Origin: Convolutriloba macropyga
Lineage: Eukaryota
Direction of reading: 5' to 3'
Assembly: GCF_964194025.1 (NCBI RefSeq)
Contig: NC_134476.1
Span: forward strand, 66,526,001 to 66,590,000
DNA: 64,000 bases
The translations under genes and the position numbers were made by a program. The notes under the pieces were generated by a model, which was not told the origin of the DNA, made no database searches, and saw only the letters and a list, made by a program, of their open reading frames with translations. Below are positions 50,731 to 62,292 of this stretch, piece after piece. Each line of letters starts with the position of its first letter. Position 1 is the stretch's first letter.

Positions 50731-53700
50731 TTCCTTTCTCTTTCTCTTCTGTACCTCTTCTCTTTTGCTTCTTTCATTTCGCTTTCTTTTCTCTTTCCTT
50801 ACTGTCTTTCTTTTGATCTTTTTCTTTTCTCCTCTATTCTTTTCTCTTTACTGATCTTCTTTCTGCCTTTCTTCTCTTTTGTTTCTGTTTTCTTATATTC
50901 TTTTGTTTCTATTTTTTGCCTTTCTTTCTACTCCTTCTCTCTTTTGTTCTTTTCTCTCGTTTTGTTCCTTCAGTTTTTCGTTCTTTTCTATTTGCTTTCC
51001 GTTTTTTCTCTCTCTTGCTTTTCTCTTTCTGTTCTGAGTTTCTTCTGCTTTTTCTTTCTTTTCATTTTATCTTTCTCTTCTGTCATTTTTCTCTGTATGG
51101 TTTCCTTTTCTCTTTCTTTTCTGTCTTTCCTCTCTGCATTGCTCTCATGCCTTTCTCTCTTTTCTATCTTGCTTTTCTTTCTTTTCTGTCTTTGGTCTCT
51201 TTTCTGTTTTCTTTTTTCTCTTCTTCCTTTTATCGCCTTCGTTTTCTTCTCGCTCTCATTTCAGTTTTTCTCTTTTTTCTGCCTTTGTTCTGCTTTTCAA
51301 CTTTCTTGCTTTCTCTTCTTTATCTTTCGTTTCTGTCTCTTTTCTCTGTATTGTTTCCTTTTCCTTTTCTTTTGTCTTTTTTCTCTCCATTTGTATCTTG
51401 CTTTTCTGTTTTTTTCTTTTCTTTTTTTCTGATTTGCTTTTCTTGCTTTGTTTTCTCTCCTTATCTTCTTTTTATTTTTTGTTTCTTTGATATCCTTTTG
51501 CTTTTTTCTGTCTTTTCTCTCTCCTCTCTCTCGTTCCTTTCTCTTTCTTTTCTGTCTCTCTTCTCTTTTGCTTCTTTCTTTCTTTTCGCTTTCTTTTCTC
51601 TTTTTACCTTTCCTTTCTGTCTTTCTCTTTATCTCTTTCATTTCTCTTCTTTCCTTTTTGTTTCTTTTCTCTTTTCTGTTGTTTTTTCTGCCTTTCTTCT
51701 TTCTTTTGTCTCTTTCTGTTCTCTTTTTTCTCTTCTTCTGTCTTTCTTTTATCTGTTTCTTCTTTTCTCGCTTCCATTTCTGTTTTTCTCCTTTTTTCTG
51801 CTTTTCTCTTGCTTTTTGTTTCTTTTTTTTCTCTTCTTTCTATATCTTTCTTTTCTGTATTGGTTCTTTTTCTCTTTCTTTTCTGTATTGTTTCTCTCCA
51901 TTTGTATCCTACTTTTCTCTTCGATTCCTTTTCTCCTTTTCGGATTTGCTTTTTTCGCTTTGTTTTCTCTACCTTCTTTGTACTTTTTAGTTTCTGTCTT
52001 GTCTTCTCCGTTTTTCTATCTTTTTGCTCTCCTCTCTCTCTCTCTCTGTCTTTCCTTTCTCTTTCTCTTCTGTACCTCTTCTCTTTTGCTTCTTTCATTT
52101 CGCTTTCTTTTCTCTTTCCTTACTGTCTTTCTCTTGATCTCTTTCTTTTCTCCTCTATTCTTTTTTCTTTTCTGATCTTCTTTCTGCCTTTCTTCTCTTT
52201 TGTTTCTGTTTTCTTATATTCTTTTGTTTCTATTTTTTTGCCTTTCTTTCTATTCATTCTCTCTTTTGTTCTTTTCTCTCGTTTTTTTTCCTTCAGTTTT
52301 TCGGTTTTTTTTTCGATTTGCTTTCCGTTTTTTCTTTCTCTTGCTTTTCTCTTTCTGTTCTGAGTTTCTTCTGCTTTTTCTTCCTTTTCATTTCTTTATC
52401 TTTCTCTTCTGTCATTTTTCTCTGTATGGTTTCCTTTTCTCTTTCTTTTCTGTCTTTTCTCTCTGCATTGCTCTCATGCTTTTCTCTCTTTACTCTCTTT
52501 TCTATCTCGCTTTTCTTTCTTTTCTGTCTTTGGTCTCTTTTTTCTGTTTTCTTTTTTCTCTTCTTCCTTTTATCGCCTTCGTTTTCTTCTCGCTCTCATT
52601 TCAGTTTTTCTCTTTTTTCTGCCTTTGTTCTGCTTTAAAACTTTCTTGCTTTTCTCTTCTTTATCTTTCGTTTCTGTCTCTTTTCTCTGTATTGTTTCTT
52701 TTTCCTTTTCTTTTGTCTTTTTTCTCTCCATTTGTATCTTGCTTTTCTGTTTTTTTCTTTTCCTTTTTTTCTGATTTGCTTTTCTTGCTTTGTTTTCTCT
52801 CTTTATCTTCTTTTCATTTTTTGTTTCTCTGATATCTTTTTTACTTTTTTCTGTCTTTTCTCTCTCCTCTCTCTCGTTCTCTTTCTCTGTCTTTCGTCTC
52901 TCTTTTCTGCTTTTTTTCTCTGCCTTTTTTCTTTCTCTTTCTTTTCTCTCTTTTCTGTCTCTTCAGTTGTCTGTCTTTTCTTTCTTTCGTTTCTGATTTC
53001 TCTCTCTCTCTCTCTCTCTTATCTGTCTTTTTTTCAATTGTCTCTTTCTTTTCTCTCTTTTCTGTCTCTTCAGTTGTCTGTCTTTTCTTTCTTTCGTTTC
53101 TGATTTCTCTCTCTCTCTCTCTCTCTCTTACCTGTCTTTTTTTCAATTGTCTCTTTCTTTTCTGTCTTTTCTCGCTCATTTTTCTCTCCTTTTTTCTGCC
53201 TTTTTTTCTCTTTCTGTTATCTTTCGCGTTTCTCTTCTTTGTATTTTTCTGAATTTCTTTTTTCTCTCCGTTTTTCTGTATCTCTTTTCTCTCTTTCGCT
53301 CTTTTCTCTCCCCTTTCTCTTTAGTTTATATTTCTTTTCTGTCTTCTGTTTTTTGTCTTTTTCTCTTCTATATATCTTTCTTTTTTCTCTTTTCTGTTCT
53401 TTTTTTTCTGTCTTTTTCTCATTTTTTGTCTCTTTCGTTCTTGTTTAGCTATTCTCTAGTTTCTCTTTTCTTTGTTGCTTTTTTTCTATTTTGTTATTCT
53501 TTTGTCCCTTTTTCTTTCTTTTCTCCTATTCTTTTTTCCAGTTTATTTCTGTCTGTCTTTTCTCTTCTATCTTTTCTCTTCTATCTTTTCTCTCTTTCGT
53601 TTATCTCTTGCCTTTCTGTCTTGCGTCTCCTTTTTCAGTATTTTGCTGTCTTTCTTTTGTCTTTTTTTTCTTTCTTTCCTCGCTTTCTTCTTCTGCCTTT

Positions 53701-56700
53701 CTGATTCTTTTCGCCGTCTTTTGTTCTTCTCTCGTTTCTCTCTTCAGTTTCTTGCTCTTACTCATTTTTCTCCCTTCTCTTTCGCTTCTCTCTTTCTTTT
53801 CTGTATTTCGTTTGTGTATTTCTTTTATCTCTTTTGATTTTTCTCGCTCTCATTTCTCTTTTTCTGTTTTCTGTGCTTTTCTTTTGCTTTTCCTTTCCTC
53901 GCTTTCTTCTCTTTTCTTTTTTCTGCCTTTCTCATTCTTTTTGACCTCTTTTGTTCTTCTCTCGCGTTTCTCGCCTCAATTTTTTGTTCTTTCTCATTTT
54001 TCTGTCTCTTCTTTCGCTTCTCTTTTTCTTTTCTGTCTTTTGTTGCTGTCGTTTTTTGCTTTCTCTTTTTTCCTCTCTTTTTCTGCCTCTCCTTTCTGTC
54101 GTTTCATTCTTTCTTGCTTTTCTTTATTTCTGACTTTTGTCTCTTTTTTCTGTTCTCTTTTTTTTGTCTTTCTTTTTATCTGTTTCTTCTTTTCTCGCTT
54201 CCATTTCTGTTTTTCTCCTTTTTTTCTGCTTTTCTTTTGCTTTTTGTTTCTTGTTTTTCTCTTCTTTCTATATCTTTCGTTTCTTTCTCTTCTACATTGT
54301 TTCTTTCTCCTTCTTTTCTGTATTGTTTCTCTCCATTTGTATCCTACTTTTCTCTTCGATTCCTTTTCTTTTCGGATTTGCTTTTCTCGCTTTGTTTTCT
54401 CTACCTTCTTTGTACTTTTTAGTTTCTGTCTTGTCTTTTCCGTTTTTTTTCTATCTTTTTGCTCTCCTCTCTCTCTCTCTCTCTCTCTGTCTTTCCTTTC
54501 TCTTTCTCTTCTGTACCTCTTCTCTTTCGCTTCTTTCATTTCGCTTTCTTTTCTCTTTCCTTTCTGTCTTTTTCTTGATCTCTTTCTTTTCTCCTCTATT
54601 CTTTTCTCTTTTCTGATCTTCTTTCTGCCTTTCTTCTCTTTTGTTTCAGTTTTCTTATATTCTTCTATTTCTATTTTTTTGGCTTTCTTTCTACTCCTTC
54701 TCTCTTTTGTTCTTTTCTCTCGTTTTTTTCCTTCAGTTTTTCGTTCTTTTCGATTTGCTTTCCGTTTTTTCTTTCTCTTGCTTTTCTCTTTCTGTTCTGA
54801 GTTTCTTCTGCTTTTTCTTTCTTTTCATCTCTTTCTCTATCTTTCTCTTCTGTCATTTTTCTCTGTATGATTTCCTTTTCTCTTTTTCTGTCTTTTCTCT
54901 CTGCATTGCTCTCATGCTTTTCCCTCTTTCCTCTCTTTTCTATCTTGCTTTTCTTTCTTTTCTGTCTTGGGTCTCTTTTTTCTGTTTTCTTTTTTCCCTT
55001 CTTCCTTTTATCGCCTTCGTTTTCTTCTGGCTCTCATTTCAGTTTTTCTCTTTTTTCTGCCTTTCTTCTGCTTTTCAACTTTCTTGCTTTTCTCTTCTTT
55101 ATCTTTCGTTTCTGTCTCTTTTCTGTATTGTTTCTTTTTCCTTTTTTGTCTTTTTACTCTCCATTGGTATCTTGCTTTTCTGGTTTTTCTCTTTTCTTTT
55201 TTCTCTGATGTGCTTTTCTTGCTTTGTTTTCTCTCCTTATCTTCTTTTTATTTTTTGTTTCTCTGATATCCTTTTTGCTTTTTTCTGTCTTTTCTCTCTC
55301 CTCTCTCTCGTTCCTTTCTCTTTCTCTTCTGTCTCTCTTCTCTTTTGCTTCTTTCTTTCCTTTCGCTTTCTTTGCTCTTTTTCCATTCCCTTTCTGTTTT
55401 TCTCTTTATCTCTTTCATTTCTCTTTCCTTTTTGTTTGTTTTCTCTTTTCTGTTCTTTTTTCTGCCTTTCTTCTTTCTTTTGTCTCTTTTTATGTTCTCT
55501 TTTTTCTAATCTTCTGTCTTTCTTTTATCTGTTTCTTCTTTTCTCGCCTCCATTTCTAATTTCTCCTTTTTTCTGCTTTTCTTTTGCTTTTTGTCTCTTG
55601 TTTTTCTCTTCTTTCTATATCTTTCGTTTCTTTCTTTTCTGTATTGTTTCTTTTTCTCTTTCTTTTCTGTATTGTTTCTATCCATTTGTATCCTACTTTT
55701 CTCTTCGATTCCTTTTCTCCTTTTCGGATTTGCTTTTCTCGCTTTGTTTTCTCTACCTTCTTTGTACGTTTTAGTTTCTGCCTTGTCTTTTCCGTTTTTT
55801 TTCTATATTTTTGCTCTCCTCTCTCTCTCTGTGTCTTTCCATTCTCTTTCTCTTCTGTACCTCTTCTCTTTCGCTTCTTTCATTTCGCTTTCTTTTCTCT
55901 TTCATTACTGTCTTTTTCTTGATCTCTTTCTTTTCTCCTCTATTCTTTTCTCTTTTCTGATCTTCTTTCTGCCTTTCTTCTCTTTTGTTTCTGTTTTCTT
56001 ATATTCTTCTGTTTCTATTTTTTGCCTTTATTTCTACTCCTTCTCTCTTTTGTTCTTTTCTCTCGTTTTTTTCCTTCAGTTTTTTGTTCTTTTCGATTTG
56101 CTTTCCGTTTTTTCTCTCTTGCTTTTCTCTTTCTGTTCTGAGTTTCTTCTGCTTTTTCTTTCTTTTCATTTCTTTATCTTTCTCTTCTGTCATTTTTCTC
56201 TGTATGGTTTCCTTTTCTCTTTCTTTTCTGTCTTTTCTCTCTGCATTGCTCTCATGCTTTTCTCTCTTTCCTCTCTTTTCTATCTTGCTTTTCTTTCTTT
56301 TCTGTCTTTGGTCTCTTTTCTCTGTTTTCTTTTTTCTCTTCCTTTTATCGCCTTCGTTCTTCTCGCTCTCATTTCAGTTTTTCTCTTTTTTCTGCCTTTC
56401 TTCTGCTTTTCAACTTTCTTGCTTTTCTCTTCATCTTTCGTTTCTGTCTCTTTTCTCTGTATTTTTTCTTTTTCCTTTTCTTTTGCCTTTTTTCTCTCCA
56501 TTTGTATCTTGCTTTTCTGTTTTTTTTTTCTTTTCTTTTTCTTCTGATGTGCTTTTCTTGCTTTGTTTTCTCTCCTTATCTTCTTTTTATTTTTTGTTTC
56601 TCTGATATCCTTTTTCCTTTTTTCTGTCTTTTCTCTCTCCTCTCTCTCGTTCCTTTCTCTTTCTTTTCTGTCTCTCTTCTCTTTTGCTTCTTTCTTTCTT

Positions 56701-57152
56701 TTCACTTTCTTTTCTCTTTTTCCCTTTCCTTTCTGTCTTTCTCTTTATCTCTTTCATTTCTCTTCTTTCCTTTTTGTTTTTTTTTCTTTTCTGTTCTTTT
56801 TTCTGCCTTTCTTCTTTCTTTTGTCTCTTTTTCTATTCTCTTTTTTCTCTTCTGTCTTTCTTTTATCTGTTTCCTCTTTTCTCGCTTCCATTTCTGTTTT
56901 TCGCCTTTTTTCTGCTTTTCTTTTGCTTTTTGTTTCTTGTTTTTCTCTTCTTTCTATATCTTTCGTTTCTTTCTTTTCTGTAATGGTTCTTTTTCTCTTT
57001 CTTTTCTGTATTATTTCTCTCCATTTGTATCCTACTTTTTTCTTCGATTCCTTTTCTCCTTTTCGGATTTGCTTTTCTCGCTTTGTTTTCTCTACCTTCT
57101 TTGTACTTTTTAGTTTCTGCCTTGTCTTTTCCGTTTTTTTTCTATATTTTTG

Positions 57153-57191
<39 letters not shown>

Positions 57192-60100
57192 TTCCTTTTT
57201 CTTTCTCTTCTGTACCTCTTCTCTTTCGCTTCTTTCATTTCGCTTTCTTTTCTCTTTCCTTACTGTCTTTTTTTTGATCTCTTTCTTTTCTCCTATATTC
57301 TTTTCTCTTTTCTGATCTTCTTTCTACCTTTCTTCTCTTTTGTTTCTATTTTTTGCCTTTCTTTCTACTCCTTCTCTCTTTTTTTTTCTCTCGTTTTGTT
57401 CCTTCAGTTTTTCGTTCTTTTCGATTTGCTTTCCGTTTTTTCTCTCTCTTGCTTTTCTCTTTCTGTTCTGAGTTTCTTCTGCTTTTTCTTTCTTTTCATT
57501 TCTTTATCTTTCTCTTCTGTCATTTTTCTCTGTATGGTTTCCTTTTCTCTTTCTTTTCTGTCTTTTCTCTCTGCATTGCTCTCATGCTTTTCTCTCTCTT
57601 TCCTCTCTTTTCTATCTTGCTTTTCTTTCTTTTCTGTCTTTGGTCTCTTTTTTCTGTTTTCTTTTTTCTCTTCTTCCTTTTATCGCCTTCGTTTTCTTCT
57701 TGCTCTCATTTCAGTTTTTCTCTTTTTTCTGCCTTTCTTCTGCTTTTCAAATTTCTTGCTTTTCTCTTCTTTATCTTTCGTTTCTGTCTCTTTTCTCTGT
57801 ATTGTTTCTTTTTCCTTTTCTTTTGTCTTTTTTCTCTCCATTTGTATCTTGCTTTTCTGATTTTTTCTTTTCTTTTTTTTTCTGATGTGCTTTTGCTTTG
57901 TTTTCTCTCCTTATCTTCTTTTTTATTTTTTGTTTCTCTGATATCCTTTTTGCTTTTTTCTGTCTTTTCTCTCTCCTCTCTCTCGTTCCTTTCTCTTTCT
58001 TTTCTGTCTCTCTTCTCTTTTGCTTCTTTCTTTCTTTTCACTTTCTTTTCTCTTTTTCCCTTTCCTTTCTGTCTTTCTCTTTATCTCTTTCATTTCTCTT
58101 CTTTCCTTTTTGTTTTTTTTTCTCTTTTCTGTTCTTTTTTCTGCCTTTCTTCTTTCTTTTGTCTCTTTTTCTATTCTCTTTTTTCTCTTCTTCTGTCTTT
58201 CTTTTATCTGTTTCCTCTTTTCTCGCTTCCATTTCTGTTTTTCGCCTTTTTTCTGCTTTTCTTTTGCTTTTTGTTTCTTGTTTTTCTCTTCTTTCTATAT
58301 CTTTCGTTTCTTTCTTTTCTGTATTGGTTGTTTTTCTCTTTCTTTTCTGTATTATTTCTCTCCATTTGTATCCTACTTTTTTCTTCGATTCCTTTTCTCC
58401 TTTTCGGATTTGCTTTTCTCGCTTTGTTTTCTCTACCTTTTTTGTACTTTTTAGTTTCTGTCTTGTCTTTTTTCCGTTTTTTTCTATCTTTTTGCTCTCC
58501 TCTCTCTCTCTCTCTCTGTCTTTTCTTGCTCTTTCTCTTCTGTACCTCTTCTCTTTTGCTTCTTTCATTTCGCTTTCTTTTCTCTTTCCTTACTGTCTTT
58601 CTCTTGATCTCTTTCTTTTCTCCTCTATTCTTTTCTCTTTTCTGATCTTCTTTCTGCCTTTCTTCTCTTTTGTTTCTGTTTTCTTATATTCTTTTGTTTC
58701 TATTTTTTTGCCTTTCTTTCTACTCATTCTCTTCTGTTCTTTTCTCTCGTTTTTTTCCTTCAGTTTTTCGTTTTTTTTTCGATTTGCTTTCCGTTTTTTC
58801 TTTCTCTTGCTTTTCTCTTTCTGTTCAGAGTTTCTTCTGCTTTTTCTTTCTTTTCATTTCTTTATCTTTCTCTTCTGTCATTTTTCTCTGTATGGTTTCC
58901 TTTTCTCTTTCTTTTCTGTCTTTTCTCTCTGCATTGCTCTCATGCTTTTCTCTCTTTCCTCTCTTTTCTATCTTGCTTTTCTTTCTTTTCTGTCTTTGGT
59001 CTCTTTTTTCTGTTTTCTTTTTTCTCTTCTTCCTTTTATCGCCTTCGCTTTCTTCTCGCTCTCATTTCAGTTTTTCTCTTTGTTCTGCCTTTGTTCTGCT
59101 TTTCAACTTTCTTGCTTTTCTCTTCTCTATCTTTCGTTTCTGTCTCTTTTCTCTGTATTGTTTCTTTTTCCTTTTCTTTTGTCTTTTTTCTCTCCATTTG
59201 TATCTTGCTTTTCTGTTTTTTTCTTTTCCTCTTTTTCTGATTTGCTTTTCTTGCTTTGTTTTCTCTCCTTATCTTCTTTTTATTTTTCGTTTCTCTGATA
59301 TCTTTTTTGGTTTTTTCTGTCTTTTCTCTCTCTCCTCTCTCTTCGTTCCTTTCTCTTTCTTTTCCGTCTCTCTTCTCTTTTGCTTCTATCTTTCTTTTTG
59401 TTTTCTTTTCTAATTGTCCCATTCCTTTCTGTCTTTCTTTTTATCTCTTTCATTTCTCTTCTTTCCTTTTTGTTTCTTTTCTCTTTTCTGTTCTTTTTTC
59501 TGCCTTTCTCCTTTCTTTTGTTTCTTTGTTCTTTTCTTTTTTTTTCCATATTCGTTTTTGACTTTCTTTCTAATCCTTCTCTCATTCCTTTCCTTCGCTT
59601 TCCTTTCCATTTTTTCTTTCTCTCGCTTTTCTTTTTCTTCTGCCTTGTTTTTCTTTTCTTCTTTCTCTATCTTTCTCTGTTGTCTCTTTACTCTGCATCG
59701 TTTCTTTTTCCCTTTCTTTTCTGTCTTTTCTCTGTGCCTTTTTCGCTTGCTTTTCTCTTTCTTCTTTCGCTATTCTCTTCTTTTCTGATTTGCTTTTCCC
59801 GCTTTCTTTACTCTCTCTATCTTTATTTTCTTTCGTTTCGCTACCTACTATATTTTTGTCTTTTTCTCTCCTTTCTCTTCTTTCCGCTTTTGTTTATCTT
59901 TTTATCATCTTTGCTCTTTCTTAACTGTCTTTCTTTTTTCTTTCTCTTCTCTCTTGGTTTTCTCTGTCTTTTCTTTCGTTTCTGTATTTCTTTGCTCTTC
60001 CCTCTTTATTTTGTGTCCTTTTGTCATTTTTCTTTCTGCCTTTCTTCTTTTGCTGCCTTTCTTCTCTTTTGTTTGTTTTTCTGTTCTTTTCGTTTATTAC

Positions 60101-61625
60101 CTTCGATTCTTCTCCTTCGTTCCTCTTTTTAGATTTTTTCTTATTTTTGTTTGTTATTTTCTCTTTCCTTTGTTTTTTCTTCATCTCTGGCTTTTCTCCT
60201 TGTCAGCCCTTCTTCTTCGTTTTCACTCTCTTTTCTGTCTTTGTTTTCACTTTCTTTTCTGTCCTTCGTTTCCCTCCGTCTTTTTGTGTTCTTTTAAGCC
60301 TTTCTTTTTAATGTTTCATTCTTTAGTCTATCTCCTTTTCTACCTTTCTTTTTCTTTTTTCGTTTCTCTCCGGCTTTTCTTTTCTTTTCTGAATTGATTT
60401 TCGCTTTCATTTCTCCGTTTTGTATTTTCTTTTTCATTTGTCTGCCTTTTCTGTTCTGTCTTATTTCTCTCCTTTTCTCTTGTTTTTTCTCTTTCCTTTC
60501 GGTCTTTCTTTTCAGTCTCTTTTCGTTTTTTCCCTTTCGCTTTCTTCTCTTTTCTTTCCTTCTTTTCTTCTATTGCTTTTCTCTTTTTCTGTCTTCTCTC
60601 ACTTGTTTTTCTCTTTCTTCGCTTTTCTCTTTTTTGTCTTTTGTTTCCATCTTCTCTTTTCTCCCTCTCCCTTTTCTGCTCTTTTCTCTTCCTTACTTTT
60701 TTCTTTCGTTTTTTTTTCTTTTTTTTTCTATTCTTTTTTCTGCCTTTCTCTTTTTTGTTTTTTTTCATTTTTTTCTCTTTTTATTTTCTGTTCTTTTTTT
60801 GACTTTCTTTCTCATTTTTCTCTCTTTTCTTCCTCTCTTTGGTTCCTCTCTTTCGTTTTTTCTTTAGGTTTTTGTACTTTTCGCTTTCCTTTCTGCTCTT
60901 CCTTTCTGTTGCGTTTCTTTTTTTGCCTTTCTTCTATCCTTCTGTTTTCTGTCATGCTTTTCTCTCTTTTCTCTCTGCAGTTTTCGTCTCTCTATTCTCT
61001 CTCTTTCTTTCCTCTTTTTTCTGTTCTTCTTTTCTGCTTTTCTTTTTTCTGTTGTTTGTTTTCTCTTTTTCTTTTCTCTTTTTCTTCTGCCTTCCTTTTT
61101 TCTTTCGTTTCTTTCTCTTTTCTGTATCCTTTCCTTTATTTTTTCCCGTCTCTTTCTCTCCTTTTCTATTTTCTCTCTTTCTTCTCTCTTCTTTTCTCTT
61201 CTTTTCTTTTTTGTTTTTTTCTGTGTCTTTTTTCTCTTTTGTTTTTCTATTTCTTCTTTTTTCTGTTCAATTTCTGCATTTCTTTTTGTCTGTCTTCTCT
61301 CCTTTTCTCTCGCTTTTCTCTATTTTCTCTTTTGCTTTTCTCTTTTTTTCCTTTTACTTTCATTTCTGTCTTTCGTTTCTCGATTTCTTTTCTCTCTTTC
61401 TTTACTCTCTTTCTTTTCTCTTTTTCTTTTCTGTCTTGGTTTTTTTCGTTTATTTTTCTTTTTTCCCCACTTTCATTTGTCTTTTTTGTGATTCGTTTGT
61501 GTCTTTTTTCTATTTTCTCTCCTTTTCTCTTGTTTATCTCCTTCCTGTTCTTTTTTTCTGCGTTCGTGTTCTCTCTTTCCTCGTCTTTTCTCTTTCGTTT
61601 CTTTCTTCTCTTTTCTCTTTCGTAT
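42005..61625. repeat. About 19.6-kb polypyrimidine(+)/polypurine(-) low-complexity tract with kb-scale tandem and higher-order duplications
   Basis: Almost entirely T/C with isolated purines. The marker ATCGCCTTCG occurs at 49878, 51232, 52572, 55010, 56347, 57682 and 59038 (unit about 1.35 kb). The block at 48431 repeats at 53581 (5150 bp). The marker CTGTATTCCCTCTTTCG occurs at 43846, 45497, 46623 and 47707. Confidence 0.95.
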
Positions 61626-62064
61626 GTTTAAGCTCCATTTCATCGCATCTTATAAACGCTCCTTATACATGCAGCCTAACGTAGAACATGAGTTACACTA
61701 TGCCACCATGTAGAATATCGTTGTCTGTACAAGTCTTAGCGCTCCTTAAATATGCAAAATGGTAAAGCAGAAAACGCGGTTGAACAAAAAATTGTTGGCA
61801 CATAGGTTAATATACTCAAACCAATCACATCGGTGACGAAACGTAAAACCTATTGCTTTTGAACGAGGGGCATAGGTTCCAGCCCCAGGTGGTGCAAAAA
61901 AATCGAATTTTTAACCTGTCTTTTCTTTTAAATGATTCTCTTCTGATGCTTTTACGGGCCTGCTAGTTCAATATTTAAAAGTGAAGCAAGAATTCTGTGA
62001 ACTTAATCAGAAGAATCAAGTAATCCAATAAACATTCAGATGCTCTAAAATTGTGGCCTCTTAC

Positions 62065-62158
62065 CAGTTCTGTCAATATATTTGAGAAGAGTTCCGAATC
62101 TCCTTCTGTAGTTAGTAACTGCTTCGTCAAACTCCTCAATGTCATAGTCCTTCATCAC
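62065..62158 (-). CDS. MIC19/CHCHD3-like protein, exon before the giant intron (VMKDYDIEEFDEAVTNYRRRFGTLLKYIDRT-G)
   Basis: gtgtttag|GTG acceptor and ACT G|GTAAGA donor (phase 1), which completes a Gly codon with the 37152 exon. EEFDEAVTNYRRRF resembles the helix preceding the CHCH domain in CHCHD3/MIC19 (EQYQKAAEEVEAKF, recalled from memory). Confidence 0.75.
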
Positions 62159-62292
62159 CTAAACACGACCACCACCCAAACTAGACCCGGAGATTTCTGA
62201 ACTCATGCAAAATTTAACGTATATCTCTAATCGCTCCAGCCAAGAATGGTGGGCCTCAAACAGTGAATCACACCTTTGAAATTTAATCCTAC

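Noticed and set aside
39524-61684. Dozens of long F/L/S/C-rich (+) ORFs up to 817 aa and K/R/E-rich (-) ORFs
   Set aside because: The + strand has almost no A, so stop codons are rare by composition. ORFs overlap in all three frames and repeat copies differ by frame-breaking slips.
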